Of a stretch of 64,000 nt of DNA, positions 42,501 through 52,630 are shown in pieces. Source of the DNA: Felis catus. Taxonomy: Eukaryota. The stretch covers positions 5,396,001 to 5,460,000 of the forward strand of contig NC_058383.1 in NCBI RefSeq assembly GCF_018350175.1, given 5' to 3'. The position numbers and the translations under genes are program-made. The notes beneath the pieces are model-generated. The model was not told the DNA's origin and did not search any database. It worked only from the letters and a program-made list of their open reading frames with translations. Position 1 is the first letter of the stretch. Each line of letters opens with the position of its first letter.

Positions 42501-45500
42501 TGGGGGGGGGGGCGCCTGGGTGGCTCAGTCGGTTAAGCATCTGGCTCTTGTTTTTGGCTCAGGTCACGATCTCACGGTTCATGCGTTCAAGCCCCACATG
42601 GCGCCCTGTGCTGACAGTGCAGAGCCTGCTTGGGTTTCGCTTTCTCCCTCTCTGTCCCTCCCTGCCTCACGCTCTCTCTGAAAATAAACTTAAAAAAAAA
42701 ATAATAACCACTAATGGGATAAAGTCTGTGTCATAGCCAAAAATTTTACCTTGAGTCAACACAGATTACTACTCACTAAACAGAGTATTGTTGCATCAAT
42801 CCACAAGAATGTACAACTCGGGCAAAGAGTTTAAATTCTGCTAATTAACCAATCACCATGCAGTAAGCCCACACTGGCCAACCCAGGCAGAACAAGGATG
42901 AAGTCACAGGGTGTCTCCAGGATGCTGTGGGGGTGCACACAAATGGCAGGATGCTCTGATCCCGCACAGAGGTGACAGAGAGATTCAAGAGTGCACATCT
43001 AAAAAGTTTCCTCACTGGTCTGGTTTTGCCACTAACGATCTTAGGCTCTCTGCCACCTTCAAGTCCTAAGTTTTTTTTGTCGATGAGTAATGAACTTATG
43101 TATGTGTACTTCTAAGGGTCTGTTTGAAGACTACTAAGATTATAGATAAAATTCCAAGTACTCACCCGATGGAAGAATTTCTCTAATCTTTCTTTTAGGA
43201 GCTTGACACCTCCATCTTCCATGGCTCTCAGAAAAGTACCATTAAAAAGCTAATAATGTAAAAGATTTTTTAAAAAGTCAATTTCTTATGCCCTTCAATT
43301 TCCCAAGGTAACAAATTCTTCTTTTCCTTTTACATTGACTAATTCGGCTTATTTAATCCCCCCCCCCCCCAATCCCGTTCTTTTTAAAAGGGGAAAACAT
43401 GTACAGGAGAAAGCCTGAGTTATAAAATAAATCACAAAAAATAAACACACTATTAAGTGATATCATTTCCATGTCATCACCTAATCATTTAGGACATTTT
43501 TTTTTTTTTTAACCTCAACTCATACTTAAGTTTCACTTTACATAAATACTATCACCAGAATGTCTCTTCCTCAAGAACATGGAGTTTCTTGTTTACCAAT
43601 GAGGACACATTCCTAGTACAAGGCTGGGAATAAAGAAAGACTGACTACTCGATGAATAAGTATATGCATAAACCTCAACCCTGTTTCAAAGGCCCCATTG
43701 TTTCCTCCCCTAAAACAGACACATAGTCACCAGGCAGTCATCTAAAGAATTAAGATTTTTAAACAATCCCTGGAAACAGGTAACTGGCTAGACTCCATTC
43801 AGAAAGAGCATCATGCTTACCTTGTACATGCTGTAGCACTGTTGTAGCACTGAACTATAAACCTTGTCCTGCAAACAAAGACATAGATGTCAATTTTAGG
43901 GGAAAAAAAGTCCGCCGTATAACAAATGTACAAAGACTCTTGGCGAAGCAATATAATGCTTACAGACTCAGTCCCACAACAGTTGTGTGCTGAAAATAAA
44001 AGGTATTTAAATTCAGTTATGAAGCAGTAATTTTAGGAGGGCCTTGAACATATGACTAGGAGGCACTGGTGAGACGGGATGTACATTTTTATAAAATTGT
44101 GCTAATGTAAGCGATAAACATAAAGCTTCACTATGCGTATCCTGAGAAGCTTCCGTAAAAGCGACCCGGCTTAAATCTGACCAAGTCACTCAATATATTC
44201 AGTAATAAACTTTCAAAAAATAAGAAATAAAAAGGGACACGTTACCAGCAACTCCTCCTCTTGATATTCAACAATTGGTTTCCCATCTTTACTTTGCTTT
44301 TCAATTATAGGATTCCGAACAACCTATGCAATTTCGATAAAACGAAGTTACACAATGAACCAATCATATACATTTTTAATCTTCCCTTAAGTTAAAAAAT
44401 TTGAGCAGGTCACAATACCAGAAACACGCCTTCCGAAAACAGCCCCAAGAACAAATACGCTGAATAGAAGTCTGACTTTATTTTTTTTTTTAATTTTTTT
44501 TTCAACGTTTTTTATTTATTTTTGGGACAGAGACAGAGCATGAAGGGGGGAGGAGCAGAGAGAGAGGGAGATACAGAATCGGAAACAGGCTCCAGGCTCT
44601 GAGCCATCAGCCCAGAGCCTGACACGGGGCTCGAACTCCCGGACCGCGAGATCGTGACCTGGCTGAAGTCGGACGCTTAACCGACTGCGCCACCCAGGCG
44701 CCCCTAGAAGTCTGACTTTAAAACGGCAACCCACCCTACCGTAATCCTACTTTGCAGCAGCTAGAGGACTTTCCTCAAGTCCTAAGAGTAAAGCAAAGAT
44801 CACCCATAACTTCACGCACAAATTCAAAGAGATCAAAGAGATATACTGTGTATGTAAATACCATGACCATCCAGAAATTTTCTTCTGGCTCATTGAAGAA
44901 CTGTCTGTTCTTCTGCGTATGTAAAGATTTTGCAGGTTTTGATGGACTAAAGGTCCTAAAAAGAGTAATAAAAAAAGGATAATTGGGGACAGTTCTCCAA
45001 GTCGTAGAAGTTGTAAGAACCCGCTAAGCTCTGCAAGAGCACTTTAAAAGGTATTACCTGGTAAACTGTACAATAGCTTCACATAATCCGACGTTTCTAA
45101 TTTTTTCATTCTTTTCTACTTCGTTTGGGTAATAAAACAAAATTTTATTTTCCTCCTAAAGTATGAAGAGACAGAATCGCCACATTAGTATCAGCATGTT
45201 TCCCATCTCAGCTGTTGAAAAAGCTGTTCAAAGTCAACGTCTGACGTCACACGTGCTAACAAAAAACCAAAACCAAAACCCTTTTCAGTGAATCCAGAAT
45301 TATCTTTTCCTCACGATGTAAATAACGCTCATGAGCCTGGAAGGCAATTGTGACAATCAGTAAGTCACACGTCATCTTAAGGAGCACTCAGGCAATCGTT
45401 CTGAAAACTCGATCTTACGGTTTCTTGCCTCCTGCTCATTTGTAAGCCAACGATTGTAAGAAATGAGCGTGTGCGCACGTGCGCAGACGTACGCCTCCAG

Positions 45501-46241
45501 GCGAGTCAAACTCAGCGGGTTCACGGGCACTGAGACCGACAGCCTTTGAAGCTACCGTGATTTTGCTGCCAGCGGAACCGGACATCCTTGGAGGAAGTCA
45601 CCGTCCCCACCTATAAAATAAACAAAACCCACCCCTGGAATTTATACATCAATTCGGAAAAGAACTTTCCAAGGGGAAAGAACTTTCCAAGGGCCCTCCA
45701 AGCCTGCGTTATTTTCGGGTTTACAAGTCCACCACTCTCGATCCACGCTTCGGGGGGGAGGGGGTAACAAAAACATTAGCTCAGTTTTCGTCACCCAGGA
45801 ATGATGCAAGAAACAGAGCCTCAACCCGTGTGGAGTGACGAGCTTGCTGAAGCTTCATTCGACACACGGGCTTAGATCCAGGACTCGGAGGAGACCCTGC
45901 CGGCGTGGTCCGGCCCCCGTTTACTCCCCGGCTCGGGCGTACACTTGGCACAAAAGCAGCCTCAATAAAAGCCGCTCCAGGAGCGCGGTGACAGGTGCCG
46001 GCCGGGGTCGCCTCCCGGGCGCGCCCCTCGGCGCCCGGGGCCGCCGCCGGCCTGCCGCCCCCGCCCTCGGGCCCTCCTCCGGCCGCCGGCTGACACCGGC
46101 GCGCGGTCCGGCTCCGCGTACCTCGCCCTCACGCGGCCCGAAGCGCGGGTTGTAGATGAAGAAGCTCAGCAGCGCCGGCGGGAACTGCTTCTCCTGGGCC
46201 GCCCCGGCCCCGGCCCCGGCCCCGGCCGCCGCTGCCGCCAT
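12514..46241 (-). CDS. CCZ1: Vacuolar fusion protein CCZ1 homolog (subunit of the MON1-CCZ1 RAB7 GEF), complete 15-exon CDS, 482 aa
   Basis: Exons 120+98+94+78+48+84+176+82+62+112+34+118+159+128+56 = 1449 nt. They splice GT-AG into one uninterrupted [43 protein letters not shown]...[12 protein letters not shown]. Confidence 0.98.
13630..13757 (-). CDS. CCZ1: CCZ1 exon 14
   Basis: [42 protein letters not shown]. Confidence 0.97.
14474..14632 (-). CDS. CCZ1: CCZ1 exon 13
   Basis: [53 protein letters not shown]. Confidence 0.97.
15000..15192. mobile_element. MER58A-like hAT-Charlie non-autonomous DNA transposon
   Basis: Terminal inverted repeats ggggtcagcaaac ... gtttgctgacc, and an internal aagttttattgcaac...tattgtctatggc motif. 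Confidence 0.75.
17699..18942 (+). mobile_element. 5'-truncated feline L1 in CCZ1 intron 12 with a 16-bp TSD
   Basis: ORF2 C-terminus, 3'UTR and A tail. TSD AAAAATTCCAGGTGAA at 17683-17698 and 18943-18958, with a TT/AAAA endonuclease site. Confidence 0.93.
21493..21572 (+). repeat. (GGGAGAGA)10 octamer tandem repeat inside a SINE (CT)n region
   Basis: Ten perfect 8-bp units within a pure purine tract of about 140 bp. Confidence 0.9.
23063..23180 (-). CDS. CCZ1: CCZ1 exon 12
   Basis: [40 protein letters not shown]; donor GG|GTTTGT. Confidence 0.96.
23816..23849 (-). CDS. CCZ1: CCZ1 exon 11 (34 nt)
   Basis: [11 protein letters not shown]; acceptor ttctcttcccAG, donor G|GTAGGT; required to keep the frame. 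Confidence 0.94.
24506..24723 (+). mobile_element. Young SINEC_Fc with TSD
   Basis: TSD AAATACCAAGGCTC at 24492-24505 and 24724-24737. Confidence 0.92.
25990..26670 (+). mobile_element. Old L1 ORF2 internal fragment
   Basis: A-rich degenerate ORF2-like sequence (aaagaagagcaaagtaaacctaaagcaagcagaagaa..., aaaagttggttctctgaaaagat). Confidence 0.75.
26680..27100 (+). mobile_element. MER21-type (ERVL-related) LTR fragment
   Basis: Recalled diagnostic strings gagaggacaactggaagcttgcgcc and tgagggtggtcctggggacccc. Confidence 0.7.
30077..30188 (-). CDS. CCZ1: CCZ1 exon 10
   Basis: [41 protein letters not shown] flanks. Confidence 0.96.
30447..30508 (-). CDS. CCZ1: CCZ1 exon 9
   Basis: [25 protein letters not shown] flanks. 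Confidence 0.96.
32456..32537 (-). CDS. CCZ1: CCZ1 exon 8
   Basis: [31 protein letters not shown] flanks. Confidence 0.96.
33796..34078 (-). mobile_element. MER33-like hAT-Charlie DNA transposon
   Basis: gaacacttgaaatgtggct ... attaatttcacc ... tagctact ... acgtggcttg ... ttctggatggtgct resembles the reverse complement of recalled MER33. TTCTAG at both flanks. Confidence 0.7.
35770..39430 (+). mobile_element. Older L1 (ORF2 RT region to 3'UTR) hosting two younger L1 insertions, CCZ1 intron 7
   Basis: Degenerate ORF2 sequence (gatcaaatgggatttatt..., gcaaatgacacgatactc...) that resumes collinearly after each insert. Confidence 0.88.
36742..37984 (+). mobile_element. Young 5'-truncated feline L1 nested in the older L1
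   Basis: 306-aa open ORF2 C-terminus (36846..37766), 3'UTR and A tail. TSD AAAAACAGACA at 36731-36741 and 37985-37995. Confidence 0.92.
41272..41447 (-). CDS. CCZ1: CCZ1 exon 7
   Basis: [59 protein letters not shown]; visible in ORF 41130..41444. Confidence 0.97.
43166..43249 (-). CDS. CCZ1: CCZ1 exon 6
   Basis: [28 protein letters not shown]; donor CGG|GTGAGT. Confidence 0.96.
43821..43868 (-). CDS. CCZ1: CCZ1 exon 5
   Basis: [16 protein letters not shown]; donor AAG|GTAAGC. Confidence 0.96.
44246..44323 (-). CDS. CCZ1: CCZ1 exon 4
   Basis: [30 protein letters not shown] flanks. Confidence 0.96.
44481..44704 (-). mobile_element. Young SINEC_Fc in CCZ1 intron 3
   Basis: TSD TAGAAGTCTGACTTTA at 44465-44480 and 44705-44720. 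Confidence 0.93.
44862..44955 (-). CDS. CCZ1: CCZ1 exon 3
   Basis: [35 protein letters not shown] flanks. Confidence 0.96.
45058..45155 (-). CDS. CCZ1: CCZ1 exon 2
   Basis: [37 protein letters not shown] flanks. Confidence 0.96.
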
Positions 46242-46870
46242 CCCGGCCCGGCCCCCCAGCCTCGGGAGCCTCCCTCTGCCCGCCCAGCGACAGCCGCCCC
46301 GAGGAGACCGCACTTCCGCCTCGCTCGCGGCCGCCCCGGAAGTGGTCGCCGCCGGCCCGGAAAAAGAACCCGCCGCCCAACGGCCCCTTCTGGCGAGCGC
46401 CCGTGAGGGTTGGTTCCCTCTTGTTTGCTGGGCAGGTGTTTCTCTTTTTTTGAGTTAAGATGAAGGCGAAACTGCGCCCAGATGTCCGCCCTGGCGGAAG
46501 GCGAGGGCCGCGTAGTTGAAGAAAAAATAGAACCGGCATAGTTTTCTAGAAGTAGGTGAAGGCGCAAAGGAAGCTTCTGCGGTGAAAGAAACACGTGCAG
46601 GGGCGGACGGGCATTCAGCTGGGGCGACTGGCCCACTTCCATCATCTACAGGGTCCGTCCCGGCATTTCTGGGTTTTCTTAATCCCCGTTTGAGAGACCG
46701 CAGGTGACCGCTGGATCAAACCAACCCGACGGGGTTCGCGCCTCACCCCAATTCCCCAGGCTCAGGCTTGGAAGATTGCGCGCGGATGTGAAGGCGCCGG
46801 GCTCCGCGAGGCGTAGTGTGTGCGGTCCAAGCAGGACCAGAACGCGGCCTTCTCCGCGGAGTGCCTGATC
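45850..46870. promoter_or_regulatory. CpG island / TATA-less promoter of CCZ1
   Basis: Very GC- and CpG-rich stretch over exon 1. ETS/GABPA-type motifs CACTTCCG (46311-46318) and CCGGAAGTG (46336-46344), E-box CACGTG (46592-46597), GC box GGGGCGGA (46600-46607). Confidence 0.88.
46122..46241 (-). CDS. CCZ1: CCZ1 exon 1 (coding part)
   Basis: ATG at 46241-46239; [40 protein letters not shown]; donor GAG|GTACGC. Confidence 0.96.
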
Positions 46871-49049
46871 CCGGACCTTGGCCAACAGGGCATCGCCCTG
46901 CCTTAGCTTTGAGGACTCCCCTGCTTTTGGGCTCTGCACTGGGACATGATTGGAACAGCTCGTTACTTCTAGCTTCTGGCATTTGGAGTTCAAACCCGCG
47001 CAGCGGACCGCTTTGCAAGTTCAAGACGACCTTGCTTTAAGGTCGTTTCATTTGTCACAGATGAAGTTTAGAAACGGGACCTCTTATTCAGTCTGGAAGA
47101 ATAGATCTTCATGTTTAGGAGCGAGATGTATCGGAATTTGGACATGAGATAGATCTGGGTACTTAATCCTAGCCCCGTCGCTGGCAGGGTGTGAAACCTT
47201 GGACCGATCACCTAGCCTTTCTCCAGACTCTAGTTCGTATTTGTAAAATGCCTAACGGGGCGCCTGGGTGGCACAGTCCGTTGAGCATCGGGACTCCTGA
47301 TTTCGCTCAGATCATGATCACAGGGTCCGGGGATGGAGCCCCGTGTGGGGCTCGCTGCTGAGTGTGCAGACTGCTTAAGATGCTCCCTCTCTCACTCTCT
47401 CTGCCCCTCCCTTGCTCGCTCACGCTTTTTAAAAAATAATTACAAAATAAAATGACTGATAGTAAATGCTTAACTGATAGGAATTTTGCTTTGAGAAGTC
47501 AGTGCGACTATGGATTTGCCGATAGTACTCAGCACTTCATCATTATTCAACAAAATGGTTATCATTACTTGCTCTTGAAAGACTTTCCCAACTAGCTTAC
47601 TCCAGTGGATGAAATTCTCCATTAGATAATAGTGTTTTGGTACTAAAGCAATAATTTATGAGTATTTGATAGTAGAACCCCCTTCCTCCCTCCTTTTGTC
47701 CCCCCAAGTCTCTGGGGACTTCTAATACATAAAATAGATGCAGGGCTTCCATGGTTGAATGGGAGCCCCAGGGGTATGACTGAGGCCTAAAAGCACCTTT
47801 TTTTCTACTTGCTTCCCATCATTCCCATCTCCCTTAGAGACCCTAAAGCACCTGCCTAGGTCCCTGCGACTTGAGGAATACTTTGAATACTCCAGGTGAA
47901 AGAAGTCCCTCCTATGTCTCTGAGTACGTACTTCTGGGAAAAGTAGTAGAAAGAGCCCAGGGCTTAAGTTGGAAGCCCTGAATTTTAGTTCTGGGTTTCG
48001 CCATTTCCCAGTTGAATGACCTTTGACTCATCACTTAACTTCTTTAATCTCCGTTTCCTCCTTGGCAAAATAAGGTCGGTACCTGCCTCACAGGGTTACT
48101 GCAGAATTACACTGGATGATACACATGAGAACACCTTGTAAAGTACAAAGTACTATATAAACGTGGCACGAGGGCACTTAACAGTGTTCGTCGAGCTTTC
48201 TTCCCAGCACACTTCTACTTCCTTGTATGCTTTGCCTCCTCTGCACGCGTTCAACTAATTGAAATAATTGCCACGGGAAAGAAAGGAATCAAAACCAAAA
48301 GGAAACCAACAAAACTCCAGAAATCAAAGTGCTTTCTCAGTTTCAAAAGGCAAGGGAGCAAAACCGCGTAGACCTTGGCAGCCCCCTCTCTCACTGTCGG
48401 AGGGCAGACCTGGGTGCCAGGGGGCTGGAATGGGGAGGATGGACACCTAGGTATGTTTGGAGACCGCGGAGTGGAGAGGGTGTGTCCTTGCTTCCTTGTG
48501 AAGCTGGGAGGCAGCAAGCCTTGTAGTTTCCCTCTGCGTCAAGCATGGTGCTGAGGCTGTACCATATCCTCATGAGCGTCCAGGCAGTAGGCTGTACTTG
48601 GCGCAGGACGTACCCAAATACTAATATACAGAATCCAGAGAAAGCCAGACCCGAGAGGCCTTAAGGTCAGGACCAAGTGGAAGTAGCTGTGGCCTTGAGG
48701 GGTAGGTCAAGTGGACCTAGAGGGGTAGGTCAAGGCCACAAGACTAGCGAGGAACGAGGAGGACTTAGTGGTCGAAGGGAGAGAAGGAGGCCAAACTGCC
48801 TGACTTAATTCTGGATTATTCTATCACCTGCACGATGGGGAGTCCAAACTAAGTTCAGTTACAGAAATAGAAGATTACATCTTTTGGGGGCACCTCAGTG
48901 GCTCAGTCAGTTAAGCATCCGACATCGGCTCAGGTCATGATCTCACAGTTCGTGAGTTCAAGCCCCACATCGGGCTCTGTGCTGACAGCTTTGAGCCTGG
49001 AGCCTGCTCCGGATTCTGTGTCTCCCTCTCTCTGCCCCTCCCCAGCTCA

Positions 49050-49094
<45 letters not shown>

Positions 49095-49129
49095 AAACAT
49101 TAAAAAGATTAGACCTTTTGCACAAATAA

Positions 49130-51855
49130 TTGGGGAACTCAGAGAGGAACCCACACAGAGGCCCCTGAACGTCTCTCCTCCCACAACACTGAATATACAG
49201 CTACACAGAGCAATTCCTTCTGAGAGAAGAAACCCAGTAACCAGCTGAGTGACTCCCACACACCAGTCGAAGGAGGAAATATCCAAGTCAGAATGGGTAG
49301 GAAAGGCTGAGACACACTCTCGCCAGCTACAACCCCCACCCCGGCACAGTTCGGACGGAACCCTCAACTCCTAGCCTCTTCCTGGGTTTGGACTACACAT
49401 TTAGCACCCCAACTTTTAAGACTCCCATCTGCAGCCCTACCCCCAAAACATCTAACTTTGAAAGCCCATGCTGTTACTAGACCCACAGGACTATAAGAAA
49501 CAAAGAAGCAGATCTTAATGAGCCCCGGAGCACTCACCAAGACTATCCCCCCAAAGCTCAGTGCAGGGGGAGCAGGCAAAATGCCTATCAGTCTTTCCCT
49601 GGAAGGGATTTGACTGTTACTTTGCAAGCTGCTGCCTGAGGGTCTGGCTTCTAATTTAGCACACATTTAGGGGCTGGCTGCAATCCTTCCTGGAGCCCAA
49701 AATAGCTGGTTGGTAACACACCGGATTTCTCCCTCTGGTTCACTTCGAGAATAAAACCACGTCTCCCGGTATCTCTCTGGAAGGAGCTTATCCACACATA
49801 TGGTGCCCCAACATTTACAGGCACTCCCCAAGAGATAGGCCCCCAAATTACCTGGTTCTGATAGCCAACAGACACATGAGCCCCACAGCACCATAGCAAA
49901 CATAGGCCAAGGGCGCCCTCCAGTGGCTATACTCCTGGGCTCGGCTCAGAGAGAGAGCTGGTTCCTCTGGATGAATTCCACTGCCCGTCTTTGAGTTCAC
50001 TCATCCCCCCTCCAGAGGATCAAGAAGGAAAGATCGGACATAAAGCACAAGTTAAAGCAAATGTCTCCAACAAACATTTATAGAACATGTCACCCAAGAG
50101 CAGAATTCTCATTCTTCGCAAGCCCACACATTTTCTAACATGATAGATCACGTTAGAGCACAAAACAAGTTTTCTTTTTAATGTTTATTTTGAGCGAGAG
50201 AGAGAGACAGAGAGGCACACACAGAGGAGAGACAAAGAGAGAGGGAGAGAGAGAGTCCTAAGCAGGCCACATGCTGTCAGCACAGAGCCCAAGTTGGGGC
50301 TCAACTTCACAAAACTCGGGATCATGACCTGACCCAAAATCAAGACTCAGATGCTTAACCAACTGAGCCACCCAGGCGCCCCAGAGCACAAAACAAATCT
50401 TAACAAAATTAAAAAGGTTGAAATCCTATCAAGCATCTTCTCTGACCACAAAGGACATTGAAAGGAGAAATCAGCTACAAGAAGACTGGAAAATTCCCAA
50501 ATAGGTGATTAAACAACATGCTCCTGAGGAACCACTGGGTCAAAGGAGAAATAAAAATGGAAATAAAGGGACGCCTGGGTGGCTCAGTCAGTTAAGCATC
50601 CAACTTCGGCTCAGGTCATGATCTCACAGTTCATGGGTTTGAGCCCCGTGTCGGGCTCTGTGCTGGCAGCTCAGAGCCCGGAGCCTGCTTTGGATTCTGT
50701 CTCCTTCTCTCTCTGCCCCTCCCCACTCATGCTCTGTCTCTCAAAAATAAATAAATGAAAAAAAAAAAAAAAAAGAAATGGAAAAGTTGCTAGAAACGTA
50801 TAACCTAAGACTAAATGATGAAGAAATAGCAAATCTGAACAGACCAATTAGAGAATTTAAACTGTATTCCAAAATTTGTTTCAAATGATTTTAAAAAGCT
50901 GTAGTAATCAAAACAGTCTAGTATTGGCATAAAACAGACACATGGATCAAATGGAACAGAACAGAGAGCCCAGACATAAACCCATATATGGTCAATTAAT
51001 TTGCAGCAAAGGAGCCAGGAATATACCATGGGGATAGTACAGTCTCTCCAGTTAACAGTGATGGGGAAGCAGGACAGCCCCACACAAAAGAATTAAACTA
51101 GATCTGTTTTATATCAGACACAAAAATCAACTCAAAATGGGTTAAAACTTGAATGCAGGGGCGCCTAGGTGGCTCAGTCGGTTGAGCGTCCGACTTCGGC
51201 TCAGGTCACGATCTCGCGGTATGTGAGTTCGAGCCCCGCGTTGGGCTCTGTGCTGACTGCTCAGAGCCCGGAGCCTGTTTCAGATTCTGTGTCTCCCTCT
51301 CTCTCTGACCCTCCCCCATTCATGCTCTGTCTCTCTCTGTCTCAAAAATAAATAAACGTTAAAAAAAATTAAAAAAAAATAAAACTTGAATGCAAAATTA
51401 AAGACTTAACTTGGATGTAAAGACTGGAACAGTAAAACTAGAAGAAAAAGAGGTTAAGCGCCTTGACATTGGTCTCAGCAATGATTTTTTAGATTTGACA
51501 CCGAAAGCAAAAGCAACCAGAGCAAAAACAAACAAGTGGAGAAAATACCTGCAAACCGCATATCTGATAAGGGTGAATCTGAAAAATATCAAGGAACTCA
51601 TGCAACTCAATACAAAAAGACTCAAACAACCCAATTGAAAAATGGGCCAAGACGTGTCCAAATAGACATTTGTCCAAATAGACATTTGTCCAAAGAAAAA
51701 GGTCAAAGGTACGTGAAAACATGCACGACATCAGTAATCAATCAGGCAAATGCAAATCCAAACCGCAAAGAGATGTCACCTCACACCTGTTAGGTCAGTT
51801 TTTCTTTTCTTTTCTTTTCTTTTTTTATTATTTTTTTTAATGTTTATTTATTTTT

Positions 51856-51891
<36 letters not shown>

Positions 51892-52630
51892 ATGAGCAGG
51901 GGAGGGGCAGAGAGAGAGGGAGACACAGAATCTGAAACAGGCTCCAGGCTCTGAGCTGTCAGCACAGAGCCCCACACGGGGCTCAGACTCACGGACAGTG
52001 AGATCATGACCTGAGCTGAAGTCAGACGCTCAACCGACTGAGCCACCCAGGCACCCCAAGGTCGGTTTTTCTAAAGGACAAAAAATTTTTAAAAAGCTGT
52101 CCAGAACACGGAGAAAAGGGAACCCTTGTACACTGATGATGGGAATGTAAATTGGTGCAGCCACTATGGAAAACAGTTTGGAGGGTACTGGGAAAAATTA
52201 AAAATAGAACTACCATATGAACCAGCGATCCCACTTCTGGGAACGTATCCAGGGGAAATGAAATCCTTATCTAGAGATCGCTACACTCCGTCTTCATTGT
52301 GACATTATTCTCAATAGCCAAGGTAGAGAGACAACCCAACGGAAGAATGAATAGACAAAATGTGGCACAGGTGTATACGATAGAACATTATTCCACCGTG
52401 AGAAAGAAAGGAAATCCTGTGGTTTAAGACAACATGGATGAACCAGAGGGCATGATGCTAAGTGAAATAAACCAAACACTGCATGCCATCGTTGACATAT
52501 GGAATCTTAGAAAACAAACAAAACCTCATAGAAAGGGAGTAGAACGGTGGTAGCCGGGGATTAGGGAGCGAGGGACACGGGGAGAGGCTGCTAAAAGGGT
52601 CCAGACTTTGAGCTGAAGTGTACAGAAGAT
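49130..52630 (+). mobile_element. Fragmented old L1 (5' region-like, ORF2 pieces, 3'UTR) interrupted by four SINEs
   Basis: ORF2-like pieces at about 50050-52450 (LDIGLSNDFLDLTPKAKAT; gggaatgtaaattggtgcagccactatggaaaacag). Assignment of 49130-49950 as L1 5' region is less certain. Confidence 0.7.

Noticed and set aside
12570..46121. Possible U12-type or non-canonical introns in CCZ1
   Set aside because: All 14 introns are GT-AG and none has the GTATCCTT minor-class donor.
45835..47040. Several overlapping ORFs around the CCZ1 promoter
   Set aside because: Stop-poor CpG island; only 46241-46122 is supported as coding.
51656..51693. 16-bp tandem repeat TGTCCAAATAGACATT
   Set aside because: Slippage duplication inside a dead L1; no spacers, not CRISPR-like.
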